From NCBI GenBank assembly GCA_963850375.1, contig CAWKKV010000002.1:1059943-1123942 (forward strand): 64,000 nucleotides of DNA, given 5' to 3'. This DNA is from an uncultured Acidobacteriaceae bacterium. Lineage in GTDB: Bacteria > Acidobacteriota > Terriglobia > Terriglobales > Acidobacteriaceae. How positions within the stretch are numbered: the first letter of the stretch is position 1; every line of letters begins with the position of its first letter. This document shows positions 55,683-64,000 of the stretch, one piece after another. Below the pieces are notes generated by a model. It saw nothing but the letters and a program-made list of their open reading frames with translations. It did not search any database and had not been told where the DNA came from. A program made the position numbers and the translations under genes.

Positions 55683-56081
55683 CTAGCCGCGCGGCGGGTT
55701 GGTCGTTGAAAAGCAGTATCGCGCAATCTTCCACGCGCCATCGATCAGTTCAAACACAAACAGCTCCTGGTTCGCCTCCGCCCCGCCCGCGCCCGTCGCG
55801 TGCACCGTCACCTCGCCTGCTGAGTTCGTACGCGCGAACGCCCAATCCGGGGCGACCTGCTTCACCTCCACCACCGCGAACTTCACGCGCAGCGTGATCG
55901 CCCCAAACACCGCCTCATACGCCCTTCGCACTGCCTCCACCCCCACGCTCGACGGGCTGTTCTGCGGCATAAACACACCATCCGGGGCATACATCGTCAT
56001 CACCGCCTCCACATCCGAAGCGTTCAACGCACGCTCATACGCAGACAGCACATCGGCAATCGCCCTCTCGTCCACATTCAT
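55683..56081 (-). CDS. NTF2-like (SnoaL/DUF4440) protein
   Basis: YERALNASD, YAPDGVFMP, GAWKIARY. Confidence 0.8.
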   Translation of the reverse strand: MNVDERAIADVLSAYERALNASDVEAVMTMYAPDGVFMPQNSPSSVGVEAVRRAYEAVFGAITLRVKFAVVEVKQVAPDWAFARTNSAGEVTVHATGAGGAEANQELFVFELIDGAWKIARYCFSTTNPPRG

Positions 56082-56200
56082 CCTTGGGACCTCCTGGTAC
56101 GGAGAAATATAGGCCGCCACGATCAAGACGTTAAGTGGGATAACCGGGAAGCTCTTTCCCATATCTGCAATAATCCATTCCAACTGCACCCCACCCCGCC

Positions 56201-57112
56201 ATGCGAGACCTCAACGCCCTTATCGTCTTCGCCCAGGTCGTCGAGGCCGGCAGCTTCTCTGAAGCCGCGCGCCGCCTCGCTATGCCCACCTCGACCGTCA
56301 GCCGCCGCATCGCGGACCTCGAAGCCCAGCTCGGCGTGCGCCTCCTCGAGCGCTCCACCCGCAGCCTCCGCCTCACCGACGTCGGCTCCGAAGTCTTCGA
56401 ACACGCGCAGCGCGGCACCGAGCTCAGCGAGGCCATCGACAACATCGCCTCCAGCCACCTCTCCGGCGTCTCCGGAACCCTTCGCCTCTCCGCCCCGCCC
56501 AGCATCTCGGATTCGCTCCTCGCACCGCTCGTCGGCGCCTTCCAGGCCGCCTACCCCGACCTCCGCGTGCAGATCTTCATCACCGAGCGCATCGTCGACC
56601 AGATCGCCGAAGGCGTCGACCTCGCCTTTCGCGTCGGCGACCTCGAGGACTCCTCGCTCGTCGCACGCCGCATACTCACCTACCGTCACCAGCTCGTCGC
56701 CAGCCCCGCCTACCTCAAGAAAACGAAGCCCCCCAGGGCACCGCGCGACCTCCTCTCGCACCGCCTCCTCGCCTTCTCCTTCTGGCGCCCGGAAAACACC
56801 TGGCACTTCAGCCACACCAACGGTCGCGACCGCGAAACCATCACCTTTCAGCCCCACCTGTCGGTCAACGAGTACGCCGGCCTCGCCACCGCGCTGCTCG
56901 CCGGCAACGGCATCGGCGACCTTCCGCCCATCGTTCAGCCCCAGCTCCTCCGCTCCGGTCGCCTCGTCGAGGTCATGCCCCGCTGGCACTTCCGCACCTT
57001 CAACCTCTCGCTCGTCCACCTCGGCAATCGCTACGCCCCGCGCCGCGTCCGCGCCTTCAAAGACTTCGCCGCAAAGATGACCCCGAGACTCTTCCCCAAC
57101 CTCCCCACCTGA
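56201..57112 (+). CDS. LysR family transcriptional regulator, divergent from the NTF2/oxidoreductase genes
   Basis: GSFSEAARRL..STVSRRIADLE..LGVRLLERSTR. Confidence 0.95.
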   Translation: MRDLNALIVFAQVVEAGSFSEAARRLAMPTSTVSRRIADLEAQLGVRLLERSTRSLRLTDVGSEVFEHAQRGTELSEAIDNIASSHLSGVSGTLRLSAPPSISDSLLAPLVGAFQAAYPDLRVQIFITERIVDQIAEGVDLAFRVGDLEDSSLVARRILTYRHQLVASPAYLKKTKPPRAPRDLLSHRLLAFSFWRPENTWHFSHTNGRDRETITFQPHLSVNEYAGLATALLAGNGIGDLPPIVQPQLLRSGRLVEVMPRWHFRTFNLSLVHLGNRYAPRRVRAFKDFAAKMTPRLFPNLPT

Positions 57113-57250
57113 ACTCGGCACCGAAGCCGCCACCTTCCTGCGCCCCGCCTGCCGCCGTTTCGGCAGCATGATTGAGACCGGCCTATGGTGCTGGATAGGC
57201 GAGCGCCGACGGTACGGGCTAGACGTAACCGCCGGCGTTGGTTGCCAGGG

Positions 57251-58588
57251 TCAGGCGCCGGCGGCAGTGTGTACTTTTTGCGAGTCCAGTTCTTTGGCGC
57301 CGGATGCTGGCTGCTCGTGCGCGCCAGCTTCAGTGTGCTGGAGCGAGCAGGCACCATCCGAGCGGCCGCAGATGCACGTGCGCTTTTCGGCTGCGGGATG
57401 AGTCGCGTCGGCAAAGACCTTCTGCGCAGCGACCAGGGCGGTCCCGAAAGGAATGTTGAGCTGCGGGAGGCTCTTGTGGACGACCTGCTCGAGGGCCCCG
57501 ATGAGCGCGATCGTGTCGAGGTAGTCGAAGAAGCCGAGGTGGGCAATGCGGAAGATCTGTCCCTTCATCTCGCCCTGCCCGTTGGTGATGATCGCTCCGA
57601 AGCGGCTCTTGAGCTCCTTGACGATCAGTCCGGAGTCGACGCCCTCAGGCGGAACGACGGCGGTTGCGGCCGCAGAAGGGGCGTCGGGGGCGAAGAGCTT
57701 CATGCCGAGAGCAAGGACAGCGGCGCGGGTCATCGCGGCGATCGTCTCGGCGTTGTCGACCAGCTTCGCCCGGCCTTCCGTGAGACTTCCTGAGGGGTTG
57801 TCGGACGTCGCTGCCTGGGCGGCGATCCAGTCGAGCGCGGCGCCGAGTGCGGCGATCAGGGCGACGGCGGGGGTGTAGGCGGACTCGCCTGCGCGGGCAT
57901 TCTTGCGCTCCTTGCGGAGGTCGAAGTAGTACCGCGGGTTGTAGGTGGCCTCCATGCGGTCCCACGCGCGGGGGCTGATCGCGAGGTAGGAGAGGCCAGG
58001 TGGGATCATAACGGCCTTTTGCGAGCCGCCGATAAGGACGTCCACGCCCCAGCCGTCCATGTCCAGGTGAGTGGTCCCAAGCCCGGTGATCGCGTCCACC
58101 ACCAGGAGGGCCTCGGACCCCGTGTCACGCAACAGCTTGGCGACGGCCGGGACGCAGTGGCGCACACCGGTCGAAGTCTCGGTCGCCTGCATAAAGACGC
58201 ACCGTGTCTCAAGCTTCAGGGCGGCTTTGACCTCGTCGATCGAGAAGGTCTGGCCGTAGGGCGCGGAGACGACATCGACGGGGCAGCCAAACGCCTTGGC
58301 GAGGGCGCTCCAGCGCTCGCCGAACTTGCCGGCCGTGAGGACCAGCACGCGGTCACCGGGCGAGGTGAGATTGGAGACCGCGGCCTCCATGGCTCCGGTG
58401 CCGGAGCTCGACAGGAGGATCACGTCGTTGGCCGTGCCGACGAACTCCTTGAGCTGGGCGAGGACGCGGGTGTAAAGGGCGCGGAACTCGGGGGTGCGGT
58501 GGTGGATGTCGGCGGCGGCCATGGCGAACTGCGCGGCGGGCAGCAGGGGAGTGGGGCCGGGGGTGAACAGGCGCGTTTTGCGGATCAT
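57251..58588 (-). CDS. Class V PLP-dependent aminotransferase (serine-pyruvate/alanine-glyoxylate type)
   Basis: LFTPGPTP, SGTGAMEAA, ETSTGV, VDAIT, GSQKA, FRIAHLG. Confidence 0.92.
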   Translation of the reverse strand: MIRKTRLFTPGPTPLLPAAQFAMAAADIHHRTPEFRALYTRVLAQLKEFVGTANDVILLSSSGTGAMEAAVSNLTSPGDRVLVLTAGKFGERWSALAKAFGCPVDVVSAPYGQTFSIDEVKAALKLETRCVFMQATETSTGVRHCVPAVAKLLRDTGSEALLVVDAITGLGTTHLDMDGWGVDVLIGGSQKAVMIPPGLSYLAISPRAWDRMEATYNPRYYFDLRKERKNARAGESAYTPAVALIAALGAALDWIAAQAATSDNPSGSLTEGRAKLVDNAETIAAMTRAAVLALGMKLFAPDAPSAAATAVVPPEGVDSGLIVKELKSRFGAIITNGQGEMKGQIFRIAHLGFFDYLDTIALIGALEQVVHKSLPQLNIPFGTALVAAQKVFADATHPAAEKRTCICGRSDGACSLQHTEAGAHEQPASGAKELDSQKVHTAAGA

Positions 58589-58679
58589 GGAGATATTGTA
58601 TGGGCGGCCTCGCGACCGGAGCGAGCCCGGCAGTTTGCCCCGGTGAACTGCCCGCGGAGATTGGGCCGGGGGGCCGGCG

Positions 58680-59237
58680 CTAGAGCTTTGACTTCAGCTG
58701 TTCGACCCCGGCACGGGAGACCTGGACGTCGTCCTCGGACTTCCCACCGCTGAAGGCGGCGATGAGGTAGCCGGATCGGCCGTGGACAATGACGCCGCCG
58801 CTCCAGCCAAACTCGCCGGTCAGCGGTGGGCGGACCTGGCTCCCACTGTCCTTGAGAGTGTCGGCCATCTCCGCGGCCTTGGCGTAGGCAATGCCGAGGA
58901 GGTTGGAGCCCTTGGCTGGGGGCGCAGGCTCGTCCTTGAGATGGCCCACGACGAGCATCTTGGAACTCCAGCCCTGGATCTTCTCGTCCTCGAAGAAGGC
59001 AACCACGGCGACGCCCTGGATGTTGAGCTCCGCGGCCCGGCGCTGCATGGCCGCAAGCGCGGCGTCGGCTGCACCGTCAAAGCCGGCGGGGGTGGCCGGG
59101 ATGTGTGGCGACGGCGCGGAATGGGGGTCCGCCGGCTTCTGCGCCGTGGCGGAGCACAGTGCGGCGGAAAGGAGCAGCGCGAGCAGACGATGGCGTGTCG
59201 GGCAAGGGGACAAGGAGCGTGGAGTGGTCACGGCCAA
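58680..59237 (-). CDS. Secreted GlcG/HbpS-like (heme-binding fold) protein
   Basis: IAYAKA, GGVIV..AFSGGKSEDD; signal peptide. Confidence 0.6.
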   Translation of the reverse strand: MAVTTPRSLSPCPTRHRLLALLLSAALCSATAQKPADPHSAPSPHIPATPAGFDGAADAALAAMQRRAAELNIQGVAVVAFFEDEKIQGWSSKMLVVGHLKDEPAPPAKGSNLLGIAYAKAAEMADTLKDSGSQVRPPLTGEFGWSGGVIVHGRSGYLIAAFSGGKSEDDVQVSRAGVEQLKSKL

Positions 59238-59492
59238 CCAGCATATGCGTTTTGGCCGCGGCCCGGAAGCGGGCGTTCAAGGCTGTCCGCCTTGTAGATG
59301 AAGGTTAGCGCAACCGATACGAATCAAGCGGATGGGACGCCGAGGTCCAGGCCTGTCTCGTTTCCTTTCGAGACCTTTAGCCAAAGCGGAGAGGGAAGAG
59401 ATGTATGGAGGCACAGGTCACGTCCGATCTCTTCGCTATCTCACCCCGGATGGGTGTTACTTTTCTCTCTGCACCCTCGAATTATGCCGACT

Positions 59493-59903
59493 ATGCGCCG
59501 CTCCAAGGAAGTCGCCGCTCCTCTCCTCGCCTCCACCGCCCTCGCCCTGCTCTCCGGCTGCCACCAGTCCGAGATGCAGCGCTGCGTCGACGAAAACAAC
59601 AAGGTCGTCGACGACAAGCTCTGCGCCAATCAGCCTGGGGACGCAGCCGCCCAGCGCCAGCTACAGGACCAGCAAAATGTCCAGCGCCAGCACAACGGCC
59701 TCGGCATCCTCCCCTACGTCGCCCTCTACCACTACTACTACGGAGGCTCCGGCGGCAGGAGCATTGGCTCCGTCGTCACCGGCGGCACCACCGCCCCGAT
59801 CGCCGGACACAGCTACTCGAGCACGACCCGCGGAGGCTTCGGCCGCTCCTTCTCCTCCGGCGGCTCCCACTCCAGCGGCAGCGGCGAAGGCGCAGGCGAG
59901 TAA
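59493..59903 (+). CDS. YgiB/DUF1190-like lipoprotein
   Basis: Lipobox LLSGC, C-terminal TTRGGFGRS; upstream of a glutathionylspermidine synthase-like gene. Confidence 0.7.
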   Translation: MRRSKEVAAPLLASTALALLSGCHQSEMQRCVDENNKVVDDKLCANQPGDAAAQRQLQDQQNVQRQHNGLGILPYVALYHYYYGGSGGRSIGSVVTGGTTAPIAGHSYSSTTRGGFGRSFSSGGSHSSGSGEGAGE

Positions 59904-59957
59904 ACACCTCTAATCGAACCAAGAACAGAGAACGAACAACCGAGACCTGACATCTGC

Positions 59958-61166
59958 ATGCAACGCATCTCCCTCACCCCGCGCGCTAACTGGCAGCAGA
60001 CCGTCGAGTCCCAGGGCCTCACCTTCCACACTCTCGACAACGGCGACCCCTACTGGGACGAGTCCGCCGCCTACGAGTTCACAGCCGCCGAGATCGACAC
60101 TCTCGAAGCCGCCGCCAACGAGCTTCAAACCATGTCGCTCACAGCCGCGCAGCACATCATCGACAACCGCCGCTACGCCGACCTCACCATTCCCGCCGAA
60201 GCCATCCCCGTCATCGAGGCCGCTTGGAACGCCGAGCCGCCCGCCCTCTACGGCCGCTTCGACCTCATGTGGGCCGGTGCGCAATCCAACCAGGCCCCCA
60301 AGCTCCTCGAGTACAACGCCGATACCCCCACCTCCCTCCTCGAAGCCGCCGTCATCCAGTGGAACTGGCTCGAAGAGGTCGGCCCCCACCTCCCGTCCCA
60401 CGGCTTCCTCCCCTTCACCTCCTCCAGGCCCGACCAGTTCAACTCCATTCACGAGCGCCTCGTCGCCAAATGGCGGGACATCACCGGCTACCTCCAGCCA
60501 CCCGTCTACTTCTCCGGCGTAGATACCCCTGAAGACACCCTCACCCTCGCCTACCTCGAAGACACCGCGCAGCAGGCTGGCCTCCCCACTCGCCGCATCC
60601 GCATGCTCGACATAGGCTGGAACGACGGCCGGCAGGCGTTCGTCGACCTCGACGAGAACCAGATAGAGACCCTCTTCAAGCTCTACCCCTGGGAGACAAT
60701 GCTCCGCGAGGACTTCGGACCTCACGCCCTCCGCACCGACATGCAGATGACCTGGATCGAGCCCATCTGGAAGCTCCTCCTCTCCAACAAGGGCATCCTC
60801 CCCATCCTCTGGGAGCTCTACCCCAACCACCCCCTCCTCCTCGAAGCCCACTTCGACTCCCCCCGCAACCTCACCGCCTACGTCCGCAAGCCCCTCCTCT
60901 CCCGCGAAGGCGAAAACATCGCCATCACCGCCGCCGACGGCACCACCGTCGAAACCCCCGGCACCTACGCCGATGGCCCAGATACCCGCTTCATCTTTCA
61001 GGCGATCGCCCCGCCGGCCGTCTTCCCCAACGCCCGTAGGGAACCCCGCCACCCCGTCCTCGGCCTCTGGATGATCGATCAGGAGTGCGCCGGCATGGGC
61101 ATCCGCGAGTCCGCCGGACCCATCACCGACAACTTCAGCTCCTTCGTCCCACACCTCTTCCGATAA
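59958..61166 (+). CDS. Glutathionylspermidine synthase family ATP-grasp protein (YgiC/YjfC-like)
   Basis: YWDESAAY, YGRFD, LLEYNADTPTSLLE, FKLYPWE, SNKGIL, SREG. Confidence 0.92.
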   Translation: MQRISLTPRANWQQTVESQGLTFHTLDNGDPYWDESAAYEFTAAEIDTLEAAANELQTMSLTAAQHIIDNRRYADLTIPAEAIPVIEAAWNAEPPALYGRFDLMWAGAQSNQAPKLLEYNADTPTSLLEAAVIQWNWLEEVGPHLPSHGFLPFTSSRPDQFNSIHERLVAKWRDITGYLQPPVYFSGVDTPEDTLTLAYLEDTAQQAGLPTRRIRMLDIGWNDGRQAFVDLDENQIETLFKLYPWETMLREDFGPHALRTDMQMTWIEPIWKLLLSNKGILPILWELYPNHPLLLEAHFDSPRNLTAYVRKPLLSREGENIAITAADGTTVETPGTYADGPDTRFIFQAIAPPAVFPNARREPRHPVLGLWMIDQECAGMGIRESAGPITDNFSSFVPHLFR

Positions 61167-61271
61167 GTCCGCGCCGCCTCTCGCCCGCCCGCAAGAAAAG
61201 CGCCCGAAAGTCTTTGCACTTTCCCCCGCATGCGCCTACCCTTGCGCCTATCGGAAATCGGCAGGAGTCCC

Positions 61272-62023
61272 ATGCACGCTCGCCTCACCGCCGTCTTTAG
61301 CAGCCTCCTCGTCCTCTCCCTCGTTGCCCCCATCGCCGTCTACGCGCAGAACGCCCCGCCGGACCGCGGCGACCGCGGCTCCCGCCCCCCCGGCGGCGGG
61401 GGACAGCCCCAGACCCGCCCCGCACCCGGAGGAAACCCTCCCGGTGACGGAAATCGCCCCGGTGGTCCCGGTGGCCAGGCGGCGGCAACCGCCCCGGTGG
61501 TCCCGGCGGCAACCGCCCACAGCCCCAGCCGACCCGCCCCACACCGACACCTAACCCCGGCAACCGCCCCAGCCCCGGAGGCCCCGGAGGAAACCGCCCC
61601 AACCCCGGCCGTCCTGATACCGGCCGCCCCCAACCCGACCGCCCAAACCCGGGCCGCCCGCAACCAGGCCGTCCAAACCCGGGCCGCCCCCAGCCAGGTC
61701 GCCCCGGCGGTCGCCCGCCGCAATGGGGACGCCCGCCACAGAATCGGCCCTCCTATAGCTTCCGGCCCAACGACCGCGACCTCCTTCGTCGCCACTACCT
61801 CGCCCGCCTCCGCTACATCAACCGCGCCCGCCGTCCCATCTTCACCATCGGCGGCTACTTCCCCTACGGCGACATCGGCTACCTTTCCCCGCTGCCCGTC
61901 AGCCTCTACGGAACCATGCCCCCGCCCCCGCCCGGCTACCAGATGGGCTACTACGACGGCTACGTCGTCGTCTACGATCCCATCACCTACTTCATCGCCA
62001 ACGTCGTCGACCTGCTCCAATAA
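61272..62023 (+). CDS. Secreted Pro/Gly-rich protein with C-terminal RcnB-like domain; 1-nt frameshift near 61477
   Basis: Signal peptide; GRPxP repeats; C-terminal PPPPPGYQMGYYDGYVVVYDPITYFIANVVDLLQ in the shifted frame. Confidence 0.65.
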
Positions 62024-62074
62024 CCCACCCTCCCCCGGGCAGCATCTTCGCCCGGGGGCCAACCGCCCGCGCCC

Positions 62075-63157
62075 TCACTTCACCGGCACATCCGCCGGCA
62101 CCGAACTCTTCCTGTTCTTCAGCCAGTCCAGCGTCACCGCAGGACTCAGCTTCTTCGGCCGCGTCTCCCCCGCCTCCGGCATATAAATCTCCAGCCCCGA
62201 CTGCTCCGTCATCCGCGTATACCCATTCACCAGCTGCGCCTGGTAGTTCACCAGGTCCAGGTCGAACCACGCACCCTGCGACGCGTCGATCATCGTCAGG
62301 TCCACCGGATGCATCGTCAGCTTGCCAAAATCCAGCGTCCCCCCGTTCAGCCGCAGGAAGTTGTGCCACGCGGCCAGCTGCCCCTCATCATCCGGCGCCG
62401 CCCCATAGATCACCTCGATATCCGGCACCGCCACCCGCACCGTTGTGATCTTCCCGCGGATATGCGGCGGCGGCATCAGCTTCTGCGTGTCGAAAAAGAT
62501 ATCGTTCCCTGAAACCTGCACCCCCGGCACACCGCTCGCAGAAACCATGTCCGACATCGCCACATGCAGTCCCCCCAGCAGCTTCTTCATCGGGATCTTC
62601 AGCACGTTGATCTTGTTCACGTGGAACTGCACCCGGCCATCCGGCAAGGGCGACAGCAATCCCACCAGCTCCACCGGCAGTGGCACCACCTTGTGCAGGA
62701 TCCCCCCGAGCTTCAGCTGCTCGCCCTCCGGCTGTATCGAGATCCCCGTCAGCGGCGATCCCTTCGGCAGGCTGCTGTTCAGGAAGTTCCCCACATCCCC
62801 GATATTCGCCCGGATCACCCCCCGGTCAATCTCCAGCACAAACGAGTCCGGGTCGTCGAACGACGGATTCTTTCTCGCACTCGTCCGCACCATCTGTCCC
62901 CGCAGCCACCGCACGTAGATCCGGAACTGCGGGCCTTTTCGCAGCTCCAAGTTGTGCGCATACACCGTCGTCGCCGCCGCTGCGTCGCCCGTCGGCGCTA
63001 ACCCCGCCTCCGGGCTGTCCACCCCCGGCGCACTCGCCGGCGCAGCCGTCCCCGCTGCTCCCGAAGACCCGGGACGCTCTCGCCCTACGATCCAGAACAT
63101 CAGCACCGCCAGCACCGCGGCGGCGATCAGCAGAAGTGCGGGTCGCGGTCGTCTCAC
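62075..63157 (-). CDS. Hypothetical membrane-anchored protein
   Basis: 360-aa ORF with N-terminal TM and codon style matching the other minus-strand genes. Confidence 0.7.
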   Translation of the reverse strand: MRRPRPALLLIAAAVLAVLMFWIVGRERPGSSGAAGTAAPASAPGVDSPEAGLAPTGDAAAATTVYAHNLELRKGPQFRIYVRWLRGQMVRTSARKNPSFDDPDSFVLEIDRGVIRANIGDVGNFLNSSLPKGSPLTGISIQPEGEQLKLGGILHKVVPLPVELVGLLSPLPDGRVQFHVNKINVLKIPMKKLLGGLHVAMSDMVSASGVPGVQVSGNDIFFDTQKLMPPPHIRGKITTVRVAVPDIEVIYGAAPDDEGQLAAWHNFLRLNGGTLDFGKLTMHPVDLTMIDASQGAWFDLDLVNYQAQLVNGYTRMTEQSGLEIYMPEAGETRPKKLSPAVTLDWLKNRKSSVPADVPVK

Positions 63158-63278
63158 AACCTCAGTGTAAAGTGGCCCGGGCCGCTCCTCACCTCAATCG
63201 CATCCGCCCTCTCCCCCTCGGCATCGCCTATGCTAGATTCGCCCCTGGGCCACACCCCACCTCGCAGGAGAACCGACC

Positions 63279-63920
63279 GTGCTCGACGTCCATCCACCCC
63301 ACGAGCGCCTCCACGGCTGGCGCGACTTCCTCCTCCACATCGCCACCATCACCATCGGCCTCCTCATCGCGCTCGGCCTCGAGGCCGCTGCCGAATACAT
63401 CCACCACCGCCATCTCGTCGCCGAAGCTCGCGAAACCATTCATCGCGAGATCGACGAGAATCAGAAGCTCCTCCCGCAAAACTTCGCGCATCTCCAGGCG
63501 GACGCCGATCGCATGAAGGCCAACATCGTCGTCATCCGCCAGCTCCGCGATCACCCCCGCGCCCCTCACGGCAAGCTCTCCTTCGACCTCGGCTGGTCTT
63601 CCTTCTCCGGCTCCGCCTTTCGCACCGCCCGCGATACCGGCGCCCTCGCCTACATGCCCTACGACCAGCTTCAGGACCTTTCCCAGCTCTACGCGCAGCA
63701 GGACTACATCAACGCGCTCGGAACCACCCTCTTCACCGACCAGAACAAGGCTCCCAGTATCCTCGCCTCCGAGGTCAACATCGAAGACCTCCAGCTCGAG
63801 CAGCTCGCTCAGCTCATGACCCGCACCACCGATCTCCTCGCCCAGCTCCAGGCGCTCGAGAGCCGGCTCGGGGAACTCCGTGCCGACTACGATGCCGCCG
63901 GGAAGTCCCTTCCTCGTTAA
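63279..63920 (+). CDS. Hypothetical membrane-anchored protein, paralog of 9074..9712
   Basis: AGGAG Shine-Dalgarno; MLDVHPPHERLHGWRDFLLHIATITIGLLIALGLE. Confidence 0.75.
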   Translation: MLDVHPPHERLHGWRDFLLHIATITIGLLIALGLEAAAEYIHHRHLVAEARETIHREIDENQKLLPQNFAHLQADADRMKANIVVIRQLRDHPRAPHGKLSFDLGWSSFSGSAFRTARDTGALAYMPYDQLQDLSQLYAQQDYINALGTTLFTDQNKAPSILASEVNIEDLQLEQLAQLMTRTTDLLAQLQALESRLGELRADYDAAGKSLPR

Positions 63921-64000
63921 CCCGCGTCAGCTTCGTCCCTCGCTTTCCGCGATTAGCGATGCTCCACAGCATCGAAAGACGGGTAAGATCGTCCACGGCA

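Noticed and set aside
59493-61166. ygiB/ygiC-like pair as a novel peptide-ligase system
   Set aside because: This is a widespread, already described gene pair, and nothing unusual is visible here.

Overview
GC-rich chromosomal window, most consistent with an Acidobacteriaceae (Granulicella/Terriglobus-like) genome; this is inferred from gene content and style only. It holds housekeeping and accessory genes: the C-terminus of a patatin/beta-barrel protein, ppc, TonB, a CocE/NonD hydrolase, SDRs, an amidohydrolase, a TreS-like GH13, MFS, TolC, an S53 peptidase, a radical SAM enzyme, a PAS-GGDEF-EAL protein, an ECF sigma/anti-sigma/PDZ operon, rnhA and a ygiB-ygiC-like pair. A roughly 18-20 kb Wzx/Wzy exopolysaccharide locus with two paralogous beta-helix proteins lies at about 17.6-37.6 kb. 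I found no rRNA, tRNA, CRISPR array or transposase. The most striking signal is a family of (T/C)GTC-tagged palindromic REP-like elements: about 10 copies, all in the same orientation. Six sit inside protein-coding genes (five in ppc, one in the CocE hydrolase) and are read as Gly/Ser/Ala- or Pro-rich loop insertions. Other notable points are an apparently circularly permuted glycerophosphodiester phosphodiesterase, a strong C-over-G strand skew with a 2 kb segment of reversed skew, several probable leaderless genes, two probable non-canonical start codons, a Walker-A-defective Wzc kinase and an RNase HI with a DUF104-like tail. Several genes carry 1-2 nt frameshifts in short base runs, most likely sequencing errors.
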